From positions 28,148,001 through 28,212,000 of the forward strand of contig NW_026262593.1 in assembly GCF_021869535.1 (NCBI RefSeq): a DNA stretch of 64,000 bases, written 5' to 3'. A program made the position numbers and the translations under genes. Positions within the stretch are counted from its first letter, which is position 1, and each line of letters opens with the position of its first letter. This stretch comes from Mytilus californianus. Taxonomy: Eukaryota. The notes below the pieces were generated by a model. It had not been told where the DNA came from, made no database searches, and saw only the letters and a list, made by a program, of their open reading frames with translations. Shown in pieces: positions 39,891-52,475 of this stretch.

Positions 39891-41466
39891 TTAGATGTTT
39901 GAAAATTCTACCTTGTGAATTGAGTTGCGATTTTAATCTCCCTGGCAAACGTCTTTGTAACTTGGCCGTAGAAATATATTTCAGGCGCAATGTATCCGAG
40001 AACTAAATGAAATGTTCATAAATATGATGAACAAACAAACTAGGTGTAGATCACATGATTGAATTTCCGGCTAGAAATAAATTATCCATTGTCAGGAAAA
40101 TGAAGAACTTAATTAAACAGAGACTATATCCTGGATATTATGTTAGTTTTTAGTCTTTCTCCGTATATGAGAAAATAGACATCCATTGAAAAATCTAGAA
40201 AAGTAAGTCGAAAAAAGGGCATTTTCCCTATATATCTATGTAAATTTGGCGCCAAAATTGACATTTACTTATCAAAATTACAAAAAAACAAGAATGGTGA
40301 CCCCCATTTTTTATTTCATATTCCGATGTAACTCGAATCAAAGTACAAGTGTGCCAAAAAATTTAGAAATCGGGAGATATGCCATTCGGTATCGTGTTAC
40401 CTTAAATGGTGACCGAAGGCACTTAACGCAATGATTTCTATTCTGACAGTTAAGTGATTCTATTGAAGGTAACAGAAGGCCCCTTGAATAGAACCTCTTA
40501 CATATTCAATGGGGGTAAAGTCATTACCTTAATAATAATCAACATATTATACGTTTTCAAAAAATTTATTTTCATTTTTTCCCTCCCCGTATTTTCCTTG
40601 AAGTCGTCTGCTGAATGGGGTTATTTCTTCGTCAACATTATCTGTAAAGAAATAGTTATAAGCTAGTAACGAAGAAATTTCAAAGTTCATGATTGAAATT
40701 TTTGTTGATAAAAAAATATACAATTCTATAGACCGGCTACCATTTAATGTGGTTGTCCATAGATAAACTAATCAATCAAATATTCAATGCGCATCAAAAA
40801 GGCTACAAATAATTGTTTTGCTATTCTAATGATGTATGTATACATAAATGATGAACAAATTCCAAAAGGGGTCTAAATTGTGATAAAGACGGTCTACTAC
40901 GTTGATATGCATACACTTAGTAATCAATTTTGTAAGTTTTATTGGTCCCTGGATGTGGAACGAATAAGTTTTAGCTTTTAACAAAGTTTGTTGAAAATCA
41001 GATATAACATTTCTGTGACGACGAATTGAAATCCCTGCTAAGCTAGCTATGCAAGTTTATCGGATAACTTGGTCAATATATATTTAAGTTTTCCCCAAAA
41101 GCAATATAGTTTAGACATAAAACGAATTAATTGCTAAGGTCTGTTCGTGTCTTTGGAGAAGAAATAGTTGTATAATCTGTAGTAAACAATATGTATTTAT
41201 TTCACATTTATTTTGCATTATTTATAATTGACTCTATAAGCATACGTATCTTAAAACATTAAACGTATTGTTTCGTGTGTGCTTAACAATAAAAAAATGA
41301 TGTGCTTACCAGTCTAGTCAGAAATTGTGGGGTCAAATCTAACCGGCGATTCTGTTTCCTGTGAAGTTGAACAGGTTAAGGAAGTAGAGTCCTCCAAGAA
41401 CTGAAAATACATTTCAATGATTAATATTTGTATATCTACGAGTATAATGTTTTCTAATTTTTGTAT

Positions 41467-41751
41467 GAGGGTAGGAATGCCCTTTACCGTCAGGCGTCAA
41501 ACGGTCATTTTCGGCTACCGTTAGCTTCAAATTGGTTAAAATTTTAAAGTGATTCGTCAAAATATCCTTATCGTGATTCGTCAGAGGTCTCAAATAATTA
41601 TCGTTACCGTTATTTTTTTGGAAAAAATTTAACGTGATTCGTCAAAATCAGTCGATTTTTTTATCGTCTAAATGAAAGTGAACATTTTATCGTCATGCAC
41701 CATTCGTCATTTGGCAAGAATTTTTACCGTTTATTCGTCATAACGACCCTC
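41467..41751. mobile_element. Small MITE, possibly Sola2-like
   Basis: GAGGGT at 41467 and ACCCTC ending at 41751; flanks GTAT/TTAT (3 of 4 match). Five internal ATTCGTCA motifs. Confidence 0.5.
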
Positions 41752-42247
41752 TTATATGACTGCTTTTCTAAAATTCACAAAGTTTAACCCAAGACCAGTT
41801 CGAATAAATAGGTCGTATACAGAATTTCGTGGAATAAAACAGTTTTAAGTCAAAAGAGCTTGGATGAAAACATCTTCACGATAGAATCTAAATAAAAATT
41901 GTTTCCTGAAAATAGCCGATACTAAATAGAATATAGCACGTAACAAGGATTTTTCAGCTTCTTGTCTTATGGTTAACCAAATTAGTCTTCGATCAAATTA
42001 TTAATAAGGCTATTTAAATAAAAAAAGAAAAAAAGAAAAATTATGCTTCAAATTACTTTAGTTCAGTTTGAGAATCAATGTAAGACGGTGATGAGAAGCA
42101 TTGTCTTGTGCTCAAGAGAAAGTTTCGTTTCACAGGAAAATTCGTTGTTATAAATCAAACGATAGTTTTGTTTCACGGGAAGGTTCATTTGTATATAACA
42201 AAAGCAAGTAGAGAATGTGTATTATAAAAAGCCCAAACGTATAGTTA

Positions 42248-42481
42248 TTAAAACTTACGATAGTTGAAAAGTCTAGCCTGTTTGACTGCGTTGTTGCTGT
42301 TGGCTGCATATGCTGCATAAGGGGCAACGTTTCTTTGTTGTCCATACATGTATTGTTGTCCATATCCCATTGGATACTGCTGTCCATATCCGTATTGTTG
42401 TCCATATCCGTATTGGTCTGCATATACGGTTGCAATGGCAACAATGCATGGCAAGACAATGAGGATAATAGCTTTGTTCAT
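42248..42481 (-). CDS. Small secreted Tyr/Gly/Gln-rich peptide (77 aa; predicted 21-aa signal peptide)
   Basis: MNKAIILIVLPCIVAIATVYA followed by D-QYGYGQQ-YGYGQQ-YPMGYGQQ-YMYGQQ-RNVAPY...NYRKF. A strong acceptor (TATTTTTAATTTTCAG, ending at 42525) lies 43 nt upstream of the ATG, and there is a double TAA stop. Confidence 0.85.
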   Translation of the reverse strand: MNKAIILIVLPCIVAIATVYADQYGYGQQYGYGQQYPMGYGQQYMYGQQRNVAPYAAYAANSNNAVKQARLFNYRKF

Positions 42482-43489
42482 CTTGATGATTTTTTTAACA
42501 AAATCTGACTTTTCACAAATTTAACTGAAAATTAAAAATAATTGTAATTAAACACCGGTTAGGAAATTACTGATACGTGTTTCAGAGGTCTCTTTCAATT
42601 TAACCGTGGCATTTAAACTAATTTGATTAAAAAACTGCTTGATTAAAACTGCTTTTCGTAAATGTTCCTGCTGTTTACATGTCACATGTCTCCGTTTACG
42701 ATGTTATAATGAAATGAGTTTAAAACATAAACTGGTGGTGTATTACAAGGTTGTCGTATACAACCTACATTGTTTTTGGTAATTCAAATGGAAGTAAGTG
42801 CATTTTAGACAGATTTATATTAACCTGGTCTAATATAGATTATTTGTGATTTTCATACCGGTTAAGTTAAGTGAAAATAACATTAACTTGCCTCTGGTTA
42901 TTATATCAAATATTGTTTTTAGATAAGAACATGTTGCCTTTTAAAAGATGAAACTAAACTGTCTTCTGAAGAATTTTTGGACTTTAAATATGATTTCATT
43001 TACAATACATATGTTTTAAAGCTGTTATAATTTTTATTTACACATGTTGCTATTAAAGTGATTTTTTCTATGTTTTTAATTTAGAATTAGAATTAAGTGT
43101 AAGATTAATAAAGTATGTCTTAATATATACACAATTTATAATATTTACAAATATAGAACAATTTACATTTGTAGTCCTATTTCATATTTGAAAAAAAAAC
43201 CAAGACTTATCGAAAACATTAAATGTATTTATATTTTCAAATGTTATAATTACAGTATATCTTAATATCGATTCAAATGATTAAATTTTGAATTTGTTTT
43301 ATTTATAGCAAGTAACTACAATATTTAATCAATTTACAAATTATAGTTTCTAGTATATAGATTCAAATACAAGAGCTGATATTTTTAAAATTGATGTGAA
43401 AAAATGTATGAATACAAAATTACTGTTTTCACGACTTTTTTTTATATTTAAGATATATAAACTAATAGTGTATTACTGTGTTTATACTG

Positions 43490-43538
43490 ACTTACCTTGA
43501 GAGAAAGTGATTATCCTAATTTTTTTCTCTCATTTATA
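43490..43538 (-). promoter_or_regulatory. Core promoter and 13-nt non-coding first exon of the YGQ peptide gene
   Basis: Minus strand has TATAAAT starting at 43538, initiator TCACTT with A at 43508 (exactly 30 nt downstream), then AAG|GTAAGT donor at 43496/43495. This implies a 971-nt intron to the acceptor at 42525. Confidence 0.7.
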
Positions 43539-45414
43539 CTGTCAACCCGATATGAGTTCTAATATTGCGCAATGCAATATTACATATGACTTCCTGGGCG
43601 AAGGAACATTTTGTTAAGAAGTGTTACATATCGTCATTAAAATTAAGGTAATATTATAGAATGCTTACCTTTTTGATGTCGTGAACTATTTTAATTACAG
43701 GAAGTTATTTTTTACAGTTAGATATTTTTTTCTGAAAGAAATCATATGGAAATAAGGTATATGGGTATAAGCTTTTTAATCTCATTCAATTATTGTCTGG
43801 CAACATGAAAATATTACCATATTCAGATAACTTGTTTTCAAGTTATTTTTAGTATTCATATGGGGAAAGTATATTTTTGCCGTTGTTTCGGGGAAAAGTA
43901 TATCATTGTGGGGAAAAGTTTATTTTTACAAAATGATATGTGTATCTTTACAGTCAATTATATCAATTAATCCGTTGTGGATATATCTAAATTGATATAT
44001 ATTAACTGAAATACTTGTAGAATATGTGAATTCTGTCTATGAGAATGTTTTGTTTGGTGTTTCAGCGGATGGCATTAAGATCCAACTTTGAAATGTTTAG
44101 TCTAATCAACGTTTATAATTGTTATTCTATTTCATATTTTTTTTACTGATAGAAACGTGGTTGTTAATTACAATATAAAAAAATGAAGTTAATGATATTT
44201 TCATTAAATTCAAATAAAATCCAATGTTTTTCCTCTTTTTTTTATACATATCTATCTGTATATTTTGAAGATCTGGTTGTTAGTTTCTAGTATCTTTCAA
44301 ACTTAATATCTTTGAGTATATTTTTGATACACAACCTTTTATATACTTCTGATGAGAGGGACAAAACAAGGAAAAAACGTCTTAAATGATTAAACATATC
44401 ATAAACTTTTTAAGGCAATATAAATCAAATTCAAACGTAGTTTCTTCTGGTCTGTTTCGATATGCAGTTTTTAAATTAGATAAATCAATACCAGAGCCAG
44501 GGATCGGGATTCAACAGGGTGAATAAGGCACCGACTATTTATCTTTTTGGAGCGTGGGGAGGATTTTTTTTTTGGAGGGGGGGGGTCTTGGGACGTACCT
44601 TTTTTTCAAACTTCAAAATAAAACAACTCTTTTTTTGTTTGTCTTTCAATAATATAAAGCGAACAAGTTTTATTTTTAATTATTGACTTTCCCCATCTTA
44701 ATAACGATAGAAACAAAATTTTTTTTTCACTTCCCTTTTGAAAGATGAGGGGGTAAACTTCTACAATAAAATCTTTTTAGGATTCCTACACTTGATGACA
44801 AATTATTTGTTATCTTCAAAGGTCGTTCACTAGAAACGAATTTATTTGTTATCAACAAAGGTCGTTCACAGGGAAAGCTAGAACCAAAGAGTACCAAAAT
44901 ACTAGGGTGAAAAGGTGAAATTTGACGTATGTGTCATTAACGTTACGAAAGTTTTGAAAGACTAGAAGATTGCTAGGAGATGTTTGTTTTACTAAAGATT
45001 GTAACGCTACCATCAGAAATCCTTAAATACCCCAAACACTTTATCAGTAGAAAAAAAGCTTACAGGGACGAACCCATGCAGTAGTCATATACGTCACTGT
45101 CCACACCCTGGGTTAATACTCATAAGTCTTTTATGGAATACTACATGTATGTATTATGATCTAGTAACTGGACAACTATCGAATCATACTATTATTGGAT
45201 CATCGAGGATTAAAAATTGCATTGATAAATGTATTCGTACGGCATATGAGATTGTCAATTTAGAATATCACTTTACTTTTTGAGATATATTGTTTGGTTA
45301 AGATTTTTCAGCATTTGACGCACAAAATCACAAAATTGTAAATCACAAAAAAAAGTAGACTCTGGTATTTTCTATCGCACACCTGCAGAACATCTATGTA
45401 AAATAATGATTGCC

Positions 45415-45660
45415 TGGTGCCTATTCAACGTCCAGTGGCAAACATTACAGTCATATTTAGGACGTTAACATGTTTATGTAATATGAAGATTACCTGCTCT
45501 GTATTATAGACCGACCTGCTAAGTCGGATTTTTACCATGCTAGCCATCAATGTAATAGTACACAAAGAATAAAGAATGATCAACTCGTGAGTCTACACCA
45601 TGTCTGGACACATTATTCTGACTCGATTTGATCACTCTATACTCTTATCGTCCAAAATAT
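45415..45660 (-). mobile_element. SINE body/tail fragment
   Basis: GGACACATTATTCTGACTCG is the reverse complement of the body motif (cf. CAGAGTCAGTATAATATGTCC) of the SINE at 61258-61457. Confidence 0.55.
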
Positions 45661-46627
45661 CGTCTGCTTGACTGAAAAGTAATTGGTAACAATCTGAGCC
45701 CCTCGATTGAAAATAAGGATTTTTGGTTACTCAACAGAATGAAATCGACAAGCGTTCCTTACGTCAGAGGGATAATAGAGAATTTTCCATTTATCATTGT
45801 TGGAAACTTATCAATTGGTAACATGAATTTGTCTTCTGCATCCTTTCAGCTTCATAATGCAGCAAAACTCTCTCATTTAGGACAATTCAGCTATATTGGA
45901 CAGGTTTCACTGTATCAAGTCTAACAAGTAAGTAGGCAATTTAAAAGTAAATAAATTGGCATTAAAATTTTGGCGATCTGTACCTTATCATACAAAATAA
46001 AGGAATAAAAGTTCATTAACGTTCAAGGACTGAGTCTGTGTCAAATCAAGTGTGTCACATGAAACGAAATCATAGCATGCATTTTTTAAAGCTAATTTTT
46101 CATTTATATTTTTTTACAAATATCTACATGAATAACAGATTTTTTCTATCGATTTTTTCTCTCTCAAATCTTTAATTAGACCAAAAGCAGCTTTACCTAA
46201 AACCTGTAATTATTTATTTATTACACAACTATATAAACGTAAATAGACTAAATATTTACTAGCATATAGCTAGTAAAAACTTCCTTTGTGTTTGTTACCC
46301 CTCCCCTCCCCCCCCCTATTTTCTATTAAAACAATAACACGGGAAAGTTATTGCTTGGCAGGCAAAAAAAACACGATATTCAAATATCTAACAAATTGTT
46401 CATCGTTGGTCCAAATCTGCAAATTACAGAGGATGGTTTTACATGAATTATAGCAATAGTCCACAAGGTCAAAATAGATCAGGTGAGGTCAATCGTTTTT
46501 GCAGTATGAAACATCGTATGATTTATTGGGTTAGATTAGATACATATATATGTAAAAGTGATCATATTTAAAAGTGATAACCTGTATTGGAATTGTAATT
46601 TTCTAAACTGACAATAATAACCGAGAC

Positions 46628-46673
46628 ATGGATGTTTTTTTATTTTGCATTGCCCAGGCTATTTGTCTTTGTG
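46628..46673 (+). CDS. C-type lectin gene, exon 1 (signal peptide)
   Basis: ATG GAT GTT TTT TTA TTT TGC ATT GCC CAG GCT ATT TGT CTT TGT G|GTAAGA gives MDVFLFCIAQAICLC. The phase-1 donor matches the phase-1 acceptor at 48249. Confidence 0.65.
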
Positions 46674-48249
46674 GTAAGAATTTGTATTTTTTCTTTTTAT
46701 CCGTTTTTTGGTATCTTTATATCTATAAAAAAGAAATATAAATCATTAATATATAGAAAATATATACATGTAAACTTAGTCCTCTGTTCGGTGAAAAAAT
46801 GTACCTCGAATCTAATAAAATAAAGATATCGAATACTTGCACTTTGTATTCATTAAATTCCCGTTTATATATTGCATGTTTTAATAGATAAATTCCAAAA
46901 TAGTAGAAAGTAGACATAACTTGCTGAATTCTCTGTTACTACTGATGTCACCAAAGTACTTGTAAAGAAAGGTCAGAGTGCATTTCAAATCGTACATGTA
47001 ACTCAATGTTCTCATGCAAAGATGAATTTAATATTTTGCAAATTCAAGTACGCTGGTCTGGAAATGAATGTTCATTCATTAAGTGTATGCTAAAAAAATA
47101 ACTCCCGCTGTAAACACAATGTTTCTTGTTTTATATGATGTACTGTGGTGCTATAATTGGTAACTGTTGTATGCAGAAGTATTAACCGTTACAGATCTAT
47201 AGAAGCACGCGTCTTTAATGAAACGTCCAAATATAATTTGAGGTACATGAAGCATATAAAGAAAGTATAGCTTGACTTTTTTGGGGGCATTCCAACTAGT
47301 TCTGCATCGAAAATACATTTCAACTATTCAAATTATATCATTCTGTTCTTTAAAACGGATTTTGAATAGCATAAAGGCATCCAATTTTTAATTTTTGTTT
47401 CATTTTTTCTAAAGTGGGTACCCAGCTAAATACATACAGTTTTTACCGATATATAATTGAGTTATGCCGCTTTGTCTGACGAATATCATTTTAAACGACT
47501 AAAACTGACGAAAAATGGAAAAATACACAATTTTTTAATTTTCGTCGCCTCAATATATCTTTCAAAAACTTATAAGACTGTTAAAATAAGATACAACATT
47601 TATTCTGAACGGTGCTTTTTTTGCGAGTTGGAAAGGAAAACTCTCAATTTAAGCCGTAAAATCATCGGTAAAAAAGTTGTATACAACGTTTATTGGAATG
47701 CCTTATTTGTTTCACTGACAGTAGGGTCAAAATTAGAAACTAGCATTTGACTATAAAGATTTATTTCACATAGATCTGTTCCATCAAAATTTTGTTCACT
47801 ACTGACTTTTTGTTGTTTGTAGTCTATTTAGCAAGTTTACGCGTTTTGGTAAAATTTTGCATTGAAGGACATCGTTAATCAAAATGAAATAATAGCATAG
47901 CTGTATTTCTAATAAAACTTTGGTCTTATATATATAAGAATATCCACCTTCGTTATCTTGCGGGAAAACACTAAAACATTTGTCAAACTCCGTCAAATTT
48001 GTAGTGTGAGCTAAGTCTAGATATTTATCACTTTGCAACATGATCTATAACACCCCCATAAAGTTGTTTAAAACTCAAAGTACACACACATGAATCATGG
48101 TATTGTAAATGTTTGGTCAAAATTTAAAGACGTTTGAAAAAATGACCATTACGTAATAAATTCAGGCCAAATTGTCCCTACCATTTTGCGTAATGCACGC
48201 ATGGACAACTAGTTATACAATGTTTTTTTTATTTATGTATTTGTTGCAG

Positions 48250-48558
48250 AAATTTTCAAGTTATCATGGAGTATGCCTTTGGCATATTCGACATACGACT
48301 GCCCTGCGAATATCAACACTGGTAATACACATTTAGTATTTGAGAAAGTTTGCTACGAGTTTGTTTTGAACCGGAAGGAGTATTGGGATGGCGCAAGACA
48401 TGACTGTAACAACAGAGGTGGTGATCTGGCTCTTGTAAAAAGTTACGATGTCCAATATTATCTGCAGACAACACTACAGAAATTGAATGTTGGTAACAAG
48501 GCAGTTTGGATTGGACTAAACGATAGACACCACGAAGGACACTTTGTATGGGTAGATG
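48250..48558 (+). CDS. C-type lectin gene, exon 2 (CTLD N-terminal half)
   Basis: TTGCAG acceptor; (E)IFKLSWSMPLAYSTYDCP...CYEF...WDGARHDCNNRGGDLA...VWIGLND...FVWVDG; then G|GTATGT donor, phase 1. Confidence 0.92.
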
Positions 48559-48657
48559 GTATGTTGTGGTATATATAGAATTCAAAATCAGAATAAGCAC
48601 AGGGCGTTACCACAGAATTTAATGGGGGGATAAAGAAGAATTGAATAAACAATTGTC

Positions 48658-49131
48658 TAGTCGTATTTTTCTAAATACCAACCAATGGATGTTTTAAATT
48701 AAAATTTAAACATTCAATTACACCACCCTTAAGAAGACAAATATGTAGGTAAAACTATCATTGATACATATTTTAAAATCCCATGCCATGCTACCTATAT
48801 ATAAAAACGTTTTATCGTATCTCTGGATTTAATTTTTTGACATTTTTTCCCTTGAAAATGCTAGATCCATCACGAAAACGTAATAAAATTTCATACAATT
48901 GTACAACTAACCACACTTTTGTTTCTTTATTTACCATGCAGATACAGAAGTTTTATTTCTTTTTCTATTTTTCTATTTGTTTTTTGGGGATTCGCGATCC
49001 TAATTGTTTTCGCAACATATTTAATCTTTGACTTTTGAGACTACATATTTGTCTTCTTAAGGGTGGTGTAATTAAATGTTTAAATTTTAATTTAAAACAT
49101 ACATTGGTTGGTATTTAGAAAAATACGACTA
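48658..49131. mobile_element. MITE with about 91-bp TIRs in lectin intron 2
   Basis: 48658-48748 (TAGTCGTATTTTTCTAAATACCAACCAATG...GACAAATATGTAG) is nearly perfectly inverted at 49041-49131. TA at both outer ends is a possible Tc1/mariner-type TSD. Confidence 0.85.
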
Positions 49132-49264
49132 ATTTACATTTTTATTTATCTTAATTATCTGTAAAAACTCAGAAATCGGTTGTACGAAAATAGTGTAGTT
49201 ATCATTTTAACGTGCAAATAAATGCAAATCATTGCAATATAACATCTGTATGATTTTATTTTAG

Positions 49265-49423
49265 GTTCACCCTTAACATATAGTCATTGGGCAGTACATG
49301 AAGGCAACGGATTCTTACGTCTTACACAAGATTGTGCACAAATACATATGGGAGACCATGGCTTGTGGCATGATAGGGAATGCCACTTGTGGCCAAATAA
49401 ATTTTCTTACATTTGTCAGTTTC
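49265..49423 (+). CDS. C-type lectin gene, exon 3 (CTLD C-terminal half)
   Basis: TTTTAG acceptor; (G)SPLTYSHWAVHEGNGFLRLTQDCAQIHMGDHGLWHDRECHLWPNKFSYICQF; then C|GTAAGT donor, phase 1. Completes the six-cysteine long-form CTLD. Confidence 0.92.
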
Positions 49424-49672
49424 GTAAGTATAATGTTAAATGTATCTCCTCCTTTTATTCGTATATTTTCATTTTGTCGCATTTGCTGTTTTTTAACCTG
49501 ATACGTAGATTTGGATTCGATTTCAACAATAAAACTATATTTGGGCTGCTTAATACACAACATGGAGGGCAACATGCAATTATTAAAATAGTTTTACTTA
49601 CTTGTTTTACTCTTAATATTCATATATAAGTACATGTATACTGATTAGTCGTATTTTTCATTTTTAATTTAG

Positions 49673-50365
49673 CTACAGTAGAAACCGTGCACACAGTCAA
49701 ACCCAAAATACCAACAACAACAAGATCTTCAACAAGATCAGCTACTGTCCAAACGAAAATGGCGAGTACGACAAAACCGTCGACGGCAACATTTCCGACT
49801 ACAACAACAACACTGTCTAGCGCAACAATGTCAAAACCTAAAACAGAATATCCTTCTCCAACGACAATATTTCACCAATATCCTACAACAACAGAATTAC
49901 CCAAACAAGAATATCCCATCACAACAACACATTTACCAAAACAAGAATATCCCATTACATCAACACATTTATCCGAGAAAGAATATCCTGTGACAACAGA
50001 ACATTTATCCGAGCGAGAATATCCTATTACAACAGAACATTTACCAGAGCGAGAATATCCTATTACAACAAAGTTACCTGATAGAGAATATCCTATATCA
50101 ACAACACCGGAACCTGATCGAGAATATCCTGTTACAACAAAATATTTACCCGACCGAGAATTTCCTATTAGATCAACACTTTTACCCGAGCGAGAATATC
50201 CAATTACAACACCACAGTTACTAGACCGGGAATATCCAACCACAACCACATCATTGCCTGATAAGGAAACCAAAACTAAGCTTATGCCAATTCAGGAATA
50301 TCCTGCAACGACAGCTATGAAAAGAATTTCTTCTAACAAAGATAGTGGGAACGGACATTTTCTCA
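49673..50365 (+). CDS. C-type lectin gene, exon 4 (Thr-rich region with about 13 EYP repeats)
   Basis: TTTAG acceptor in phase 1; PTVETVHTVKPKIPTTT...(EYPITTEHLPER)n...DSGNGHFL; then A|GTAAGT donor, phase 1. Confidence 0.88.
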
Positions 50366-51156
50366 GTAAGTTTCAAGTCAATATTCTGTGATAAGAAAAA
50401 AATAAGAAGATATTATTGCACATGAGATCAACTGACGAAGATGTGTAGCAACTACAAATATATGTTTGGTTTACAAATTTACACTTTTTGTAATTTATGT
50501 TGAATTTGTAACAAAATTCCGTTTGCATTTTTCTTAATTGCATGTTTGCCGTTTATTTTATTTTTTTATAAATGTCCAGTGGCAAATATTTCATGCATAT
50601 TCGGGACGAGAATTCTTAAAAACACAAATATATTCCAGTTTACATGTGCTCATGGTTCATGTACTACACACCAGTATAGCACCAATGCAAATGTTTATTT
50701 GCAATTATATGTCTTATCTCACAATTCTTTATAGCAATAGGAGAGGACATCAGATAATAACAATCCCATTTAACTGTACTTTTTTTATGAAACAAATGTA
50801 CATCCTATATTTTTGTCAATCCCAGTGGTCACAATCTTCGTCAGTGATTGTCTTTAAATATATAAATTTTGTCGGTTACCTATCACTATAAATTTAATCA
50901 AAACTTTTAGTGATTCTAATGATAGAAGTTTAGTGCTTGACATTTTGTGCAGATATGTATGTCTATTGTTTTAAAGACCACATATGCTGACCCCTAGTTT
51001 TACGTGTCGTTAGGTTGCTGTATCATTGAAGTTTCCACTTCATCTGCTTTTATTCCTCTTCTCTGCAGATGATTTTTTTTTCAATTTATTTATCGTGTCT
51101 GTCTTACATGTAGTAAAATAAAATATTCTTATCTTACTCTTTTTTCTGTCTTTCAG

Positions 51157-51170
51157 CTCCGGCACCATGA
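51157..51170 (+). CDS. C-type lectin gene, putative terminal exon (TPAP*)
   Basis: Strong polypyrimidine acceptor CTTACTCTTTTTTCTGTCTTTCAG, giving a 1221-nt CDS (406 aa). Alternative phase-1 acceptors at 51068 (NDFFFNLFIVSVLHVVK*) and 51418 (KCCLHKC...*) cannot be excluded. Confidence 0.4.
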
Positions 51171-51844
51171 AGTGACAATATATAAAGTCGAATTTAGACG
51201 TGATGTAGACTGCATGTTCAGAAACAATCACTTTCTTGGTTTAAATCGATGCTTTGATTGGTTTAAATCGATGCCTTGATTGCGAGTGTTATAAATGCTT
51301 TATGATCGATATTGATATTATATATTATATTTTATTATTTCAGTGCTGTTATTTTTATATTATATATATTAACTTGTGTGTTTTGTTGACTTTAAAGAAT
51401 GTACGTAGAGTTCTGTAGAATGTTGTTTGCATAAATGCAACTATTCACCAGATACCAAACGGCGTGTGTGTTTAAGCAATTAAAGGTCAAGCTAAAAAAT
51501 GTCCCGACATGGCAAATGTAAAACAATTCAAAAGAGAAAATAATCGGCCTGATTTATCATAAAACAATAAACGAAAAACGAAAATGACAGACAGCAACCA
51601 ACGACAACGGCTGGTTTACAGGCTTCTGACTTTGGACAGACGCACATAGAATGAGGAGGGTTAAACATGTTTGCAAGCGCTCAACCCTTTTCTAACCTGG
51701 GACATTGCTGTAACAGCACAACATAAGAACAAACTGTAAAGGCAGCTGAAAGGATTTGACTCATCAGATCAGCATGAAGCGTTAACAAAATCTAACAAAA
51801 AAAAAACTGAGACACCAAGTACCGATCTAGAAGCATGCATAGTC

Positions 51845-52463
51845 TTAAGGGCATACGATACAGTTTTGATCCCATGATGAAAATTTGCAAATAGGCTATT
51901 TTTTACCTGATTAAACCAAATATGTAATAAAAAATATACCTTCATGTGCTACGTTTCGAGTAAAATGAGTTCGAAATTTCAGATATTTGCTCAAAATTCG
52001 GATTTGTGGACGTATTTTTCCTTCCGACAGAAATGCATAACTTTTTTGTTTTAAAACATAAACACAAACTGTTTTTTGTTAAATTATTTGTAATTTCTGT
52101 TTTATATAAGTATCCGATAAATTTATGAAATCTTTTGTTTAGAAATAACTCAAATTCATCAAATGTTCATGAATGTAGAAAAAAAAACGTAATTTTTTGC
52201 TATATATTTATCAAATTTTAAAAAATTGCATTATTGACTTTTTCATGAAAATTGGTACAAATAATCTTCATACGTAATCAAACCGAATGTCATTTTAAAA
52301 AAGAGGGGTCCATGAACTCGTTTTCAAGTTAAATCAGTTTGAATGATAAAAATCAGTCGAAAAATACAACTTTTCCCGATATGTCACAGTTTGACGTCGC
52401 CAAAATAACATTTTACGTTAGCAACGTCATTAACTCCCCTGAAACTGTATCGTATGCCCTTAA
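51845..52463. mobile_element. Kolobok-like MITE (TTAA TSD)
   Basis: TTAA-GGGCATACGATACAGTTT at 51845 and AAACTGTATCGTATGCCC-TTAA ending at 52463. Confidence 0.85.
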
Positions 52464-52475
52464 CGAGAATAAATT

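Noticed and set aside
40230-40410. Another TTAA/Kolobok-like element (end GTTACCTTAA at about 40407)
   Set aside because: Only one terminus was found, so boundaries cannot be supported.
42148-42459. 103-aa minus-strand ORF with DMDNN repeats
   Set aside because: Alternative frame of the YGQ peptide. The other frame has the signal peptide and the good start context.
45739-45924. 61-aa ORF between the two secreted-protein genes
   Set aside because: No motif, splice support or homology that I can recognise.
49872-50273. 133-aa minus-strand ORF with GYSRSG repeats
   Set aside because: Antisense shadow of the lectin EYP-repeat exon.
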